DNA from: an uncultured virus (IMG/VR IMGVR_UViG_3300030098_005070)
Lineage: Duplodnaviria > Heunggongvirae > Uroviricota > Caudoviricetes
Length of the DNA stretch: 64,000 nt
Direction: 5' to 3' (one strand)
IMG/VR virus record: IMGVR_UViG_3300030098_005070
The position numbers and the translations under genes are program-made. Below the pieces are notes generated by a model. It made no database searches, was not told where the DNA came from, and saw only the letters and a list, made by a program, of their open reading frames with translations. Of this stretch, positions 1-8,259 are shown piece by piece; positions within the stretch are counted from its first letter, which is position 1; every line of letters begins with the position of its first letter.

Positions 1-36
1 TTGGGGTATTTAAAGGAAACAATAAATGGAGATGAT
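1..36 (+). repeat. Promoter-like repeat, copy 1 (5' end cut by window edge)
   Basis: TTGGGGTATTTAAAGGAAACAATAAATGGAGATGAT, identical to 684-719; TTTAAA starts 31 nt before ATG 40. Confidence 0.95.
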
Positions 37-39
37 TGA

Positions 40-675
40 ATGGATGAACGCAGAACGCAAGTCAAAGAAAAAATAGACGAAATTATTTCTGAAATTATTT
101 CTCTAATAGAAGAAGAAAACAGGTATTTAACGGTAGAAGAAATTATCGAGCATTTAATTGGATTAGAACTAATGGTACATAGGCGTGATGATGTACACGG
201 TCGAAAAATACCCTTTAGCCACGATTGGGCTATAATTAGAAAAGAAATTGAAAGCGGAGATTGCGATATTAGATATTTAGGAAAATTTAGAGGGAGAAGA
301 TATTACTTAGATTCAACTCCCCCCGAAAACCATAATGTTGATGAAATATCTGATATGGCGTATCAGATTCTCAAAGATAGTCCAAGACAGATGAGAATGA
401 GTGAAATAATGACTAAATTAAAAGAAATTTACCTACCCATTCCTGTTATGGTTCATGCTTCTTACATACAGCGTACATTATATCAAAAATATCCAAATGA
501 ATTTATGAGGGGAAGTAAAAGAGGATTTTGGATGCTAAAAGGTACACATGAACTTGACGAAAATTTATTCCCAAAATACTGTAGTAATTGTGGTACGGGA
601 TTGGTTGGAAGACCCAAATATTGTTCTGAATGTGGGTCTAAAATTACCCCCTACCCATACAGCAAGAAGGATTAG
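40..675 (+). CDS. Putative DNA-binding protein: winged-helix (HARE-HTH-like) domain(s) plus C-terminal double zinc ribbon
   Basis: MAYQILKDSPRQMRMSEIMTKL...FMRGSKRGFWML wHTH-like pattern; CSNCG...CSECG. Confidence 0.6.
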   Translation: MDERRTQVKEKIDEIISEIISLIEEENRYLTVEEIIEHLIGLELMVHRRDDVHGRKIPFSHDWAIIRKEIESGDCDIRYLGKFRGRRYYLDSTPPENHNVDEISDMAYQILKDSPRQMRMSEIMTKLKEIYLPIPVMVHASYIQRTLYQKYPNEFMRGSKRGFWMLKGTHELDENLFPKYCSNCGTGLVGRPKYCSECGSKITPYPYSKKD

Positions 676-677
676 TG

Positions 678-719
678 ATTGAGTTGGGGTATTTAAAGGA
701 AACAATAAATGGAGATGAT
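678..719 (+). repeat. Promoter-like repeat, copy 2
   Basis: ATTGAGTTGGGGTATTTAAAGGAAACAATAAATGGAG (678-714) identical to 7251-7287; TTTAAA starts 31 nt before ATG 723. Confidence 0.95.
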
Positions 720-722
720 ACA

Positions 723-1121
723 ATGGGAGAAGTAATTGAATTAGGAACAATATATGGAGAATATTTTGAGAATTTGCTGATGAAACAAAGAAAGTCTGAA
801 TCGAGAGATTATGTCGTATCAGAATTTCAGTGGCAATTAGACTCAGTAGACCGAGGAGATGATTGTGATTATACTTTTAGAGATGTAGGGGATTATGATA
901 CCGCTTGGGAAGATGCTTTGGATAGAATAGGAGACTGGGCAGAAGACGAAGGGTATTCAGCAGTGACACAATGGTTACGAAATTTCGCTCACAGATATGG
1001 TTTTGTTGAAGACGTAACCCCAAACGAAAATCGTTTTATGTCTACTTATGCCCATTGTTGGGGTAGAGGTGGAAAAATTTGGTGTTTCGACTGGCCTGAT
1101 ATGAATAAGGTGATTGAATGA
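723..1121 (+). CDS. Hypothetical acidic, Trp-rich protein (start moved from 675 to ATG 723)
   Basis: GGAGATGA-N4-ATG. The extra N-terminal residues in the ORF track are the translated repeat. Confidence 0.75.
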   Translation: MGEVIELGTIYGEYFENLLMKQRKSESRDYVVSEFQWQLDSVDRGDDCDYTFRDVGDYDTAWEDALDRIGDWAEDEGYSAVTQWLRNFAHRYGFVEDVTPNENRFMSTYAHCWGRGGKIWCFDWPDMNKVIE

Positions 1122-1573
1122 TAAAAGAAACTAGACAATGTTGGTATTTCGATGCAGGAGAATGGTTCTTTGATTACCCTGCTATCGCTTTCAAACCAAC
1201 AGTTGCGAGAAGAATGGGTCTAAATCCTATTATTCACGAAGAACCTGTAGTGGTTTATGGGAAAGAATTGATTGAAGAGACATTTGTAACAGTACAATGT
1301 TGCAACTGTTCCGATTATGATTTTAATAATAGTTCAAGTGAGGAAGCATCCATTAAAAGTCATAATGGTGAAGTTGAATATGGGGTCATAAATGGGAACA
1401 ATCACATAGAATATCCAAAAAATTCATGGCAATTTTGGTGTCCATTGTGTTTTATTTGGAATCATAATAGAAAGACTGTGAATAGGATATTAGGCACAGA
1501 CCCAACATTACCTCATCACAACGAACCTGCTGCTGATGAGCCTGAGAAGAGAATACAAATGTATGGTGAATGA
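1118..1573 (+). CDS. Hypothetical protein with CxxC pairs
   Basis: AGGTGA RBS, ATGA overlap with upstream gene; CCNC and CPLC. Confidence 0.7.
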   Translation: MIKETRQCWYFDAGEWFFDYPAIAFKPTVARRMGLNPIIHEEPVVVYGKELIEETFVTVQCCNCSDYDFNNSSSEEASIKSHNGEVEYGVINGNNHIEYPKNSWQFWCPLCFIWNHNRKTVNRILGTDPTLPHHNEPAADEPEKRIQMYGE

Positions 1574-1632
1574 TATGATTTATTGTGAATGTGGGAAGTC
1601 AGTAGGATATTGTGTGATGATGGGGTGTGACA

Positions 1633-1734
1633 ATGGTAACAAAAAAAGAAAAAGAGATTTGTAAATATAACCATCCTAGAATTAATGGAGAAAGAACTTG
1701 TAGAGTATGTGGAGGAAAATATAATGGAGAATGA
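1633..1734 (+). CDS. 33-aa Cys/His microprotein (not in ORF track)
   Basis: MVTKKEKEICKYNHPRINGERTCRVCGGKYNGE; GGGGTGTGA upstream. Confidence 0.5.
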   Translation: MVTKKEKEICKYNHPRINGERTCRVCGGKYNGE

Positions 1735-1861
1735 AAAAACAGAAGGCAAAAGAATTTGTGAATGTGGAAGAGTATGGAGGGCTGTGGATTTTTATTATGC
1801 TAGATGCGCTTCATGTTTACAACACATACCAGCAAAAATAGTAATTGAGGGGTGGAGATGA
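1724..1861 (+). CDS. 45-aa zinc-finger microprotein (not in ORF track)
   Basis: MENEKTEGKRICECGRVWRAVDFYYARCASCLQHIPAKIVIEGWR; GGAGG RBS at 1711. Confidence 0.6.
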   Translation: MENEKTEGKRICECGRVWRAVDFYYARCASCLQHIPAKIVIEGWR

Positions 1862-1955
1862 GACACATTAACAAACCCTCTAACACTCGTACCATATTCC
1901 AGCCAGCGGTGGGGCTGGGCATGCTGCAACTTTCCGCCGCAAAGGAGATGATAAG

Positions 1956-2294
1956 ATGAAATACAAACCCACAGAACGTGAAGAAATTAATTTTAAAGTA
2001 AAAAACTTTGTTGGAAAGAAAATTAAATATGATGATGGTGACGAAAGATACATTGAAGAGGCTGGATTAAGAATAATGGTAAAAGATGAAGAAAATAACG
2101 ATGTGCCCGAAGATATGTTGTGTGCTGTACCTGCGAAACTTCATCTTGACTCTTGTCCAAATGGGAATGATGTGGGCGAGGATTACCTGTTAGTGTTTGA
2201 CACTTTCACATTCCATCCCTGTCATGCTTGTAATCAATTTCACACGTGGCCGAATTTAAAGAATGATGTAAATCTGAGGGAGGAATATCTATGA
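1956..2294 (+). CDS. Hypothetical protein with Cys/His motifs
   Basis: GGAGATGA-N4-ATG; HLDSC...HPCHAC. Confidence 0.75.
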   Translation: MKYKPTEREEINFKVKNFVGKKIKYDDGDERYIEEAGLRIMVKDEENNDVPEDMLCAVPAKLHLDSCPNGNDVGEDYLLVFDTFTFHPCHACNQFHTWPNLKNDVNLREEYL

Positions 2295-2995
2295 GTTTTG
2301 AAATAACACCTGAGATACAGGAATGGGCTAAGCAACTATTTGATTCGATTGCGGTGGGTGGCATTTGGTCACCCGATGGTTCAGGACTTACATATCAGAA
2401 AACATCTGATGATACATTTCTACTGGTTAAGAGAATGAAACACGCTGACGCAATGGAGAACCATGCTAGGTTTGCTTCACTTCTTATGAGCATTGGTGTG
2501 AATATGGCTGAGAGTGACGATGCTGATTATGAAGCGCCAACCAACCCACAAGATGCATTCATGCTTGAGCAACATCACAAGTTAGAGATAGCCCAGTCAT
2601 GGAAATACGAAAGTGGTGTTAGGTTAGCAGATATGCCTCTTGAAACATTTTCACCAAGTTTTCTTTCAGTGCAAGAAGTATTGCTTGAAGATGGCTCTAC
2701 TGATGAAATAGAACTATGGGCGTATATCTTTACTTGTCCTGAAAGTGGTGACGAGTTCAACGTAGACCCCGACGATTATCATTTGTTGGCTGGCGATAAG
2801 TTGTATATGCGTTACATAAACAAAGAGGGAACTATTTTCCAAGCCTTGACACGAAGAGAAATGGTTGAGGTAGCAGAAGGAGATGTAGAATTAGGAGTAG
2901 TGGTGGGCACTAATTGCCCCGAAACTGGTGAGAAAGTACCACCTTGGTTATGGGGAACCTACTGCTCTATGACTAAGGGAGGTGAAGAAGAATGA
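2291..2995 (+). CDS. Hypothetical acidic protein
   Basis: GGAGG RBS; ATGA overlaps at both ends; 234 aa. Confidence 0.8.
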   Translation: MSFEITPEIQEWAKQLFDSIAVGGIWSPDGSGLTYQKTSDDTFLLVKRMKHADAMENHARFASLLMSIGVNMAESDDADYEAPTNPQDAFMLEQHHKLEIAQSWKYESGVRLADMPLETFSPSFLSVQEVLLEDGSTDEIELWAYIFTCPESGDEFNVDPDDYHLLAGDKLYMRYINKEGTIFQALTRREMVEVAEGDVELGVVVGTNCPETGEKVPPWLWGTYCSMTKGGEEE

Positions 2996-3177
2996 GCGAA
3001 GAAAGAGATTGGATAAGCATAACCCACAAAGAATTGATTGATGAGTGTGTTGAAAAAAAACTAATTGAGCGACCGAAGTTGCTTCACACTGAAACTTTCA
3101 AAAATGGCTCGTTTAGAACTTATGATAAGTTATGGAGAAAGCGAGAATTGATTGAGATGTTGGAGGCAAACGAATGA
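2992..3177 (+). CDS. Hypothetical protein
   Basis: GGAGGTGA RBS; translationally coupled. Confidence 0.7.
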   Translation: MSEERDWISITHKELIDECVEKKLIERPKLLHTETFKNGSFRTYDKLWRKRELIEMLEANE

Positions 3178-3284
3178 GCGCAGAAATCTCACGATGCGAT
3201 GAGTGTAGAAGGAAGAGGAGAATGTGGAACATGAGTCGTTTTGGTAAATTCTGTCGAACCTGTTTTGAAGAAAAATACCTTTAG
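3174..3284 (+). CDS. 36-aa zinc-finger microprotein (not in ORF track)
   Basis: MSAEISRCDECRRKRRMWNMSRFGKFCRTCFEEKYL; GGAGG RBS, ATGA overlap. Confidence 0.65.
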   Translation: MSAEISRCDECRRKRRMWNMSRFGKFCRTCFEEKYL

Positions 3285-3304
3285 TTTTTATTGGAGATGA
3301 GATT

Positions 3305-4924
3305 ATTAAACTATACTTAGGTGATTGTTTAGAAGTAATGAAAACTATGGAGGATAACTCCGTTGATTCTATTGTGACCGACCCACCATACGGATTGAGT
3401 GCGGCTCGTAATAGTGGTAAATCAAGTAAAGGCGGATTCATGGGTAAAGAATGGGATTATGACGTTCCTTCGGTTGAGATATGGAGGGAGGCATTACGAG
3501 TCTTGAAACCCGGCGGTCATTTACTCGCCTTTAGTGGAACGAGAACCTATCATCGAATGGTGGTTAATATCGAGGATGCAGGGTTTGAGATTAGAGATTC
3601 AATCGTATGTTGGCTCTATTTTAGTGGATTCCCCAAATCGCATAACATCAGCAAAGCGATAGATAAGAGAGGCGGAGAGAGTATTGCATGGTTCGGCCAA
3701 TGGTTAAGGAAATGGAGAACCGAGAATGAAATCCCACAGAAGGAAATTTCTAAGTTATTTCCAAGCAAAACAGGAAATCTAACAGGTTGCGTAGCGAATT
3801 GGGAATTAGGGCATAACCTCCCAACGAATGAACAATTTAACACAATTTGCGCTACCTTCAATTTACCTTTCAATTCAATAGATGAAGTGAGGGGTGAATT
3901 TTTGGGGGTGAAAACCCATGCGAGGTCGGGGGGAGATGATTTCGCTAAAAGACCTAATTCTGAATCTCAATCGAGAGATGAGGAAATATACGCATTGAGT
4001 TCTGATAAGGCGAAAGAATGGGACGGTTGGGGAACGGCTCTCAAGCCCGCCCATGAGCCTGTTTGTGTCGCTCGTAAGCCATTGATAGGAACGGTTGTTG
4101 AGAATGTGCTTGAGTATGGAACAGGCGGCTTGAACATTGATGCTTGTCGAATTGAAAGTGCTGGTGAACACAAACGACCCTTTCAACCAACAAACAATGA
4201 AAGAGATGTTTATGGTAAGCAAACAGGGTTTGAGCCAACAAATGCAGAAGGGCGTTTTCCGGCTAATGTAATCATGGATGAAGTAGCAGGGGCTATCTTA
4301 GACGAACAAGCCCCAAGTGTCGGCAACATGATGAATGCTACAAGGAAGAAAACCACAACGGGCGGAACAGGCAACGCATGGACTACATCATCAAAGAATG
4401 AAGGAGATTCAAACGGGTTCTATGACGGACTAGGAGGCGGCTCTCGCTTCTTTTATTGCCCGAAGGTATCTCAGGCTGAGAGGAATGCGGGGTGTGATGG
4501 TTTAGAGGAAAAGGTGTATGCCCTATCTAATCAAGCGAAGGCCGAATTGAAAAGAGGGAATACTGATTACAATGCGTGGAGAGATAAAGACCATATTGAA
4601 CGAAATAACCACAACCATATCGACTCTAATAGAAACAATCATCCAACCGTGAAACCACTTAGTCTGATGGCCTATTTGTGTAGGCTTGTGACTCCTAAAC
4701 ACGGAATAGTTCTTGACCCATTCATGGGAAGTGGCTCAACTGGAATAGCGGCTTGCATGGAAAACTTCGATTTCATTGGGATAGACATGGAAGAAGAATA
4801 TGTCGAAATCGCTCGCCATCGAATCGCACATTGGAGTGATTACAAACTTGACGATTTAGAGGTCGGAGAAGAAACAGATTTCAAGCCGGTTAGATTCAGA
4901 AATCAACCAGCAACGTATTGGTAA
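3305..4924 (+). CDS. N6-adenine/N4-cytosine DNA methyltransferase (beta class) with inserted XRE-like HTH; probable ATT start (first ATG at 3338)
   Basis: GDCLEVM, VTDPPY, HPTVKP and VLDPFMGSGSTG motifs; internal WLRKWRTENEIPQKEISKL...VANWELGHNLP. Confidence 0.92.
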   Translation: MKLYLGDCLEVMKTMEDNSVDSIVTDPPYGLSAARNSGKSSKGGFMGKEWDYDVPSVEIWREALRVLKPGGHLLAFSGTRTYHRMVVNIEDAGFEIRDSIVCWLYFSGFPKSHNISKAIDKRGGESIAWFGQWLRKWRTENEIPQKEISKLFPSKTGNLTGCVANWELGHNLPTNEQFNTICATFNLPFNSIDEVRGEFLGVKTHARSGGDDFAKRPNSESQSRDEEIYALSSDKAKEWDGWGTALKPAHEPVCVARKPLIGTVVENVLEYGTGGLNIDACRIESAGEHKRPFQPTNNERDVYGKQTGFEPTNAEGRFPANVIMDEVAGAILDEQAPSVGNMMNATRKKTTTGGTGNAWTTSSKNEGDSNGFYDGLGGGSRFFYCPKVSQAERNAGCDGLEEKVYALSNQAKAELKRGNTDYNAWRDKDHIERNNHNHIDSNRNNHPTVKPLSLMAYLCRLVTPKHGIVLDPFMGSGSTGIAACMENFDFIGIDMEEEYVEIARHRIAHWSDYKLDDLEVGEETDFKPVRFRNQPATYW

Positions 4925-4930
4925 AAGGAG

Positions 4931-5209
4931 ATGGAAAAAATGGGAGAAGAAAATATTTGGCGAAGCCCTAGTATGGAAGGAAAGTGGATGAATGGTAAGG
5001 GAGATGTGCTGGCTAGGCGCATTGACTACTATCAGAAGATTTGGTTAGACCTACGCATAATCAATGTGCAAGATGGAAAACACCAACCCACCCGACATGG
5101 AGTTAGATTAACAGTAGAACAATTGAAGGAGATTCTACCTAGACTCGTTGAGTTTGTAAACGAAGTTGAAGATGAGTTAGAACAAGAAGAAAGGAGTAGA
5201 GAGGAATGA
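4931..5209 (+). CDS. PC4/YdbC-like ssDNA-binding protein
   Basis: YYQKIWLDLR...QPTRHGVRLTVEQL matches the PC4 pattern (FKGK.YVDIR...PT.KGISL..EQ). Confidence 0.7.
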   Translation: MEKMGEENIWRSPSMEGKWMNGKGDVLARRIDYYQKIWLDLRIINVQDGKHQPTRHGVRLTVEQLKEILPRLVEFVNEVEDELEQEERSREE

Positions 5210-5466
5210 AAATTTGGCACATTGAATGTTCTGAGTGTGGTTTTAGGCAACGTGCTATTCAAGACCCAAAACCGAGAAGGAAATGCCCCAACAGACACAC
5301 CACTTGTACTAATTCACATTTAGATTTAGTTCATGAAATTGAGCACATTGGAGAATGGTCGCAAGCAATCGGAAAAGAGAAAAGAGGAAAAACTGGATTT
5401 GTTTATGATACTCTTAATAACGGAAAAGAGGAACTTTGGGTTTTAGATTTCGATGGTGAGAAATAA
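5206..5466 (+). CDS. Zinc-finger hypothetical protein
   Basis: CSEC...CPNRHTTC; coupled to both neighbours. Confidence 0.7.
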   Translation: MKIWHIECSECGFRQRAIQDPKPRRKCPNRHTTCTNSHLDLVHEIEHIGEWSQAIGKEKRGKTGFVYDTLNNGKEELWVLDFDGEK

Positions 5467-6878
5467 TGAAATTCTCGTTAGCGGCGAGATTACATGAATC
5501 TCTCCTTCTTGGTAATGATAAGCAACAAGTACTATCATCAATTGATAATTACAAAGATGCACTAGAATTGTATCACCTATTTTGCCCGCAAAGAAAAATT
5601 ATTACCAAGGGCGATTTACATAATTTAGCAGCCGAAGAGTTCGGTGTTTTCGTAGATGTTATCGCTGATGTGGTGGGTGAGCGTGAAACATGGCGTGTTT
5701 TAGCCCTAGAAAGCAACGTAAGCGGTTCTAGAGACTGGAAGGTGTCTGAGGCTATCCAACACGCCGAGAGCCTCAAAGACGGTGCAATCGGCTTACTTGA
5801 AATTACGAGCCTTCTCGATGAAATCGAAGCCCGTTTGTTTTGGAGATTCATTATCGGTGAAAAAGTAATGAGAGAAACCGCTTTCTTGAATGCTGTAAGT
5901 CAGAATACTTCTATTCAAAGTCGAATTCTGAAACAACACATCGCTGTAAAAGACCCCGAAGAAATACTAGAGGCGTTATTCAATGACCCTGAATCGTTAG
6001 GTGCAGGTGTGTTATGGAGTGAAGAACCATCACTAGCATTAACACCACGCAGGTTTATTCCACATCTATCACAAAATGGCCCTACCAAAATTAAGAAATA
6101 CAACGGTGGTTTTTATCAGCGGATATTAGCCAAAGGTGCAACCAATATGTTGCATATCACAAATGAGCCTACTGGTTCTCGTTTCGTATGGCGAGATAGA
6201 ACTGGTCGGTTAATACCGAAAGGTCTAGCACCTAAGTTAGATTGGTCTATCAAAGGGCCAGTTATCTTAGAGGCGCTTGGTGAAAATAATACTATTCACG
6301 TTTATGATGCGATATACCCAAGATATCCCACATTAACATTACAAGAAAGGTTAGAGAAATTCCAATCTAGTCTTACAGATGAACCGATAGTGGTTCATTT
6401 CCCTACTGAAATTGAACACTGGAGTGGTTTAGTTACAGTATTAGATGACGAGGAAATAATACGCTTCCCGAATTTTTCAGCATACGAACCATTTAGTGAA
6501 GGGGGGTACACTTTGATGACATCTATGGCTCGCAAGATATTCAGATTACAACAGGTGAAACAAAACGAAGGTCGTTTATTTATTCGTGTAGCAGCACTTG
6601 ATGGTTTAGATGATTACGTCATTGTAGGTGAGATGGAAGCCTTTGATGATTTAACACCACAGTTGTTATTTTCTATCAAGAGAAGAACTGGTTTCATTCC
6701 AAAGAATACTTGGGAAAACGTGTCCGATACCGATTGTATAGCGGTTGAGGTGGTGACCCCACGAATAACTTATGAACCAATCAACATCGAAAGCCCTCTC
6801 CTTGTTGCGGTTCGTGATGACTTGGGGATATCTGATATCACACAAATAGTAGATTTAATGTTCGGAGATGATGAATAG
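5466..6878 (+). CDS. Degenerate ATP-dependent DNA ligase homolog (DBD-NTase-OB layout, catalytic motifs lost)
   Basis: MKFSLAARL start and EARLFWRFIIGE resemble the archaeal ligase DBD. VYDAIY...TLQERLEKF resembles the motif IIIa region. No KxDGxR. Confidence 0.6.
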   Translation: MKFSLAARLHESLLLGNDKQQVLSSIDNYKDALELYHLFCPQRKIITKGDLHNLAAEEFGVFVDVIADVVGERETWRVLALESNVSGSRDWKVSEAIQHAESLKDGAIGLLEITSLLDEIEARLFWRFIIGEKVMRETAFLNAVSQNTSIQSRILKQHIAVKDPEEILEALFNDPESLGAGVLWSEEPSLALTPRRFIPHLSQNGPTKIKKYNGGFYQRILAKGATNMLHITNEPTGSRFVWRDRTGRLIPKGLAPKLDWSIKGPVILEALGENNTIHVYDAIYPRYPTLTLQERLEKFQSSLTDEPIVVHFPTEIEHWSGLVTVLDDEEIIRFPNFSAYEPFSEGGYTLMTSMARKIFRLQQVKQNEGRLFIRVAALDGLDDYVIVGEMEAFDDLTPQLLFSIKRRTGFIPKNTWENVSDTDCIAVEVVTPRITYEPINIESPLLVAVRDDLGISDITQIVDLMFGDDE

Positions 6879-7310
6879 ATGGATGATTGGTCTTTTGCAC
6901 TTGGGTTCATCATTAGCGACTTGAAGTTCCACGCTAGTATGACTAGAAGTACTCAAACCCCGACTGGTTTTAGGCTACGAAAATACATTTGGTGGAGAAC
7001 TCTATTCGCAAAGCCTAGAGATGAATTGTTAGAATTAGTTGAAGAGCAATTAGAGACAGTAGGTATTTCACTCAAGGAAGAATACCACAACAAAAAAGAA
7101 ATTCAGATGTGGTTTTCTTTGATAGAAAAAGCCAATTTAGAAAATAAGTTATCCGACCAGTTAGGAATCGAACAACTGAAGTTTGTGTTAGACAATCCTT
7201 TTCCAAAAACATTCGATAACATAGTAAAATGGGCAGAAGAATTCGATAATATTGAGTTGGGGTATTTAAAGGAAACAATAAATGGAGTTGAAGAACATGG
7301 CATGGAATGA
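6879..7310 (+). CDS. Hypothetical protein, possibly a degenerate single-motif LAGLIDADG domain
   Basis: WSFALGFIISDLKFHASM...TGFRLR resembles YLAGFVDGDGS+beta strands. The C-terminus reads through repeat copy 3. Confidence 0.45.
   Translation: MDDWSFALGFIISDLKFHASMTRSTQTPTGFRLRKYIWWRTLFAKPRDELLELVEEQLETVGISLKEEYHNKKEIQMWFSLIEKANLENKLSDQLGIEQLKFVLDNPFPKTFDNIVKWAEEFDNIELGYLKETINGVEEHGME
7251..7287 (+). repeat. Promoter-like repeat, copy 3 (upstream of replication operon)
   Basis: 37-bp exact match to 678-714; TTTAAA starts 32 nt before ATG 7297. Confidence 0.95.
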
Positions 7311-8259
7311 AATTGCACGACCAATCCACTTAGGTCAACTAGTTGGGCAGAAGGAATTTGTTTATGAGGCTGGTCTTTGGGAAGCCAAACAGCAGTGGCC
7401 TGATGCTATTCTCCTTCAAGGTCCACCCGGAGTAGGAAAAACTACTGCCGGAAGAATCATTGCTCGTTCCGCGCTTGGTGACTTTTTTGACCCAGTGAAT
7501 TTTGTTGAAACAAACGCTTCTGATGATAGAGGTCTTGAATTTGTTAGAACTGAATTGCGAACCTTAGCATCAAGTAGACCTCTTGGGGCAAAAAGAAGAG
7601 TGGTTTTACTTGATGAAGCCGACGGTTTGACATCAGCCGCCCAAGACGCTGCTCGACAGATTATTGAAAACCACGCTGGTAATTGTTTATTCATTCTCAC
7701 GGCAAACAATGTTGAGAAGATTAGACCAGCAATAAAGAGCAGATGTTCGATATACAATTTCAAACCACTTTCACCACAAGAAGGGGCGACACATCTCTCT
7801 AACGTGTGTAGGACAGTAAATGTCCCACAGGACATACTAGAGGACTGGCAACAGCATTTCCCTAGACTAATACATATGTTAGGTGGAGATTTGCGCTCTT
7901 GCGTCAATGTGTTGGAAAGCACACCTCAAGAGATAGGAGCATTAGAAACTAAAGTTTCCGAATTAGACGTAATAACTGATGCTGCGATTGCTAGCACAGA
8001 TAACGAGTGGATGGAAATGAGAATCGGTTTCCACAAAGCGTTAGGATTAGGACGTGACCGCTTTTTTATCATGCGGTCTTTTTACAACAACATTTCAACA
8101 TTCTTTGATATTTCAGATGAAGATGGTAACAGCAAACTGTGGAGTGTTCTTGCAGTTTACGGAGATATGATGAGTCGAATCTATGAGTGGCCGGACAGCG
8201 ATGCCGCATTCATGGATTGTTTCGTAGCCCAACTTAGGCGGGAGATGATGATAAAATGA
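7297..8259 (+). CDS. rfcS: Replication factor C small subunit (clamp loader)
   Basis: W.E..RP, GPPGVGKT, NASDDRG, LLDEAD, SRC and GDLR motifs. Confidence 0.93.
   Translation: MAWNEIARPIHLGQLVGQKEFVYEAGLWEAKQQWPDAILLQGPPGVGKTTAGRIIARSALGDFFDPVNFVETNASDDRGLEFVRTELRTLASSRPLGAKRRVVLLDEADGLTSAAQDAARQIIENHAGNCLFILTANNVEKIRPAIKSRCSIYNFKPLSPQEGATHLSNVCRTVNVPQDILEDWQQHFPRLIHMLGGDLRSCVNVLESTPQEIGALETKVSELDVITDAAIASTDNEWMEMRIGFHKALGLGRDRFFIMRSFYNNISTFFDISDEDGNSKLWSVLAVYGDMMSRIYEWPDSDAAFMDCFVAQLRREMMIK

Noticed and set aside
675..722. Shared peptide IELGYLKETING in ORFs 675 and 6879
   Set aside because: Translation of the DNA repeat, not protein homology; the true start is probably 723.
1899..1940. HDV-like ribozyme or frameshift stimulator
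   Set aside because: No P3/P1.1 elements and no slippery heptamer upstream; kept only as a generic pseudoknot.
1..7287. 37-bp repeats as a CRISPR array, given a Cas4-like gene
   Set aside because: Copies are 0.7 and 6.6 kb apart with whole genes between them. There are no spacer-sized intervals and no cas1/cas2, and solo Cas4-like nucleases are common in archaeal viruses.
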